From Geosiphon pyriformis uo1 (taxonomy: Eukaryota; Fungi; Glomeromycota), in NCBI GenBank assembly GCA_016748015.1, contig JAAOMT010000668.1, positions 9,342 to 32,083 of the forward strand: 22,742 nucleotides of DNA. Direction: 5' to 3'. Below are positions 22,196-22,742 of the stretch, piece by piece (within the stretch, counting starts at the first letter, position 1; every line of letters begins with the position of its first letter). The position numbers and the translations under genes are program-made. Below the pieces are notes generated by a model that worked only from the letters and a program-made list of their open reading frames with translations, did not search any database and was not told the origin of the DNA.

Positions 22196-22339
22196 TAGTG
22201 TTGCCTTGTCTGGCCTGAGTGGCTAGCCACATGTAGAAAGTGCGTGAGTCGCGTTTAGTTTGAGCCTCTTAGTTTGGTTCTATGTACTAGATAACGATTG
22301 GACTATACTCGTTAAATGCGTTAATAAATAATAAAAAAA
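22196..22339 (+). other. Conserved LINE 3' UTR with predicted stem-loops, AATAAA (22323-22328) and short A-tail
   Basis: Four homologous copies in the window. Manual pairing: CUGAGUG/CGUUUAG, CAUGUA-GAAAG-UGCGUG, and outer AGUGUUGCCU/GGACUAUACU. Confidence 0.8.
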
Positions 22340-22742
22340 TATTTACAGAATATAGTTTAATTACTATTTAGTTTATATAAACAAATTAAGTATTTACAAT
22401 AAGATATAATTTATATTTTGCTATATATAACCAATTATTTAAACTAATTAAGACTATATTATATATTTATAACAATATTAATACTATTATTTAAGCCAAA
22501 AAAAAACAAATATTTATTATATAAACCAAAATTAATAATTATAGTTTTATTTATATTAAGCATAAAATAATACTATCTAATAAATATTTAATTAAACTAT
22601 ATAAATTGTTATAGTAGTTTTATATTTAAATCAATATAATTATATATTTTTTTTGTGGTTTTTTATTAAAAAAATAAATAAAAAGCACTAAATACAAATT
22701 AAACTATTTTGTATTCTTAAATATTAATACAATTTTAGTATA

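Larger units (their letters stand above)
17513..22198 (+). pseudogene. LINE ORF2p (AP-like endonuclease, reverse transcriptase, RNase H, C-terminal Zn knuckle), 1561 aa when two premature stops are repaired; 17513-20710 still open (1065 aa EN+RT)
   Basis: EN motifs: TCNVRGIN, GEDLN, IDYIF, DTDH. RT motifs: RPIALI, DMRKAYDSV, QGEVFSPLLW, FVDD, RYLG. In-frame TGA 20708-20710 (W in the other copy) and TAG 20795-20797. C-terminal CLLC-X7-H-X3-C. Confidence 0.95.
15523..22339 (+). mobile_element. Young near-intact LINE (non-LTR retrotransposon); 5' end hidden in gap 14714-15522
   Basis: Two long overlapping ORFs with no frameshifts, much higher GC and CpG than the flanks, and a ~125-bp 3' UTR ending AATAAATAATAAAAAAA. 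Confidence 0.97.

Noticed and set aside
16184-22230. Antisense and alternate-frame ORFs overlapping LINE ORFs (also 240-587, 1248-1568, 2754-2951, 5779-6045, 9323-14325)
   Set aside because: Shadow ORFs produced by codon and strand bias, with no recognisable motifs.
22214-22258. Hammerhead ribozyme core or group II intron domain V (CUGAG...GAAA; AGC...GAAAG hairpin)
   Set aside because: No CUGANGA core is conserved across the four copies, and the AGC segment lacks the domain V lower-stem pairing. Treated as a generic structured 3' UTR.

Overview
This is very AT-rich eukaryotic DNA, most likely fungal, from a gapped draft scaffold. The repeat proteins resemble Glomeromycotina/Geosiphon-type ones from memory, which I have not verified. 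Non-LTR retrotransposons dominate the window. (1) A young, nearly intact + strand LINE (15523-22339) has ORF1 with RRM-like modules and a CCHC knuckle, and ORF2 with AP-endonuclease, RT, RNase H and a C-terminal Zn knuckle. It carries three premature stops and an AUGA stop/start overlap. (2) An older full-length relative lies on the - strand (7581-14409), with a poly(A) tail and a 10-bp target-site duplication (TSD). (3) Two decayed copies of a ~2.3-kb element encode only a divergent ORF1-like protein yet end in the same structured 3' terminus, AATAAA and A-tail as the LINEs. This is a candidate 'half-LINE' (HAL1-like) non-autonomous partner family, and the - strand LINE is inserted into the 3' end of one copy. 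(4) The first exon of a host coiled-coil gene is present twice, with differences clustered at the N-terminus; one copy sits in a block joined by two Nextera/Tn5 mosaic-end adapters (assembly artefact). The repeats show graded C>T/G>A decay. No rRNA, tRNA or CRISPR was seen.
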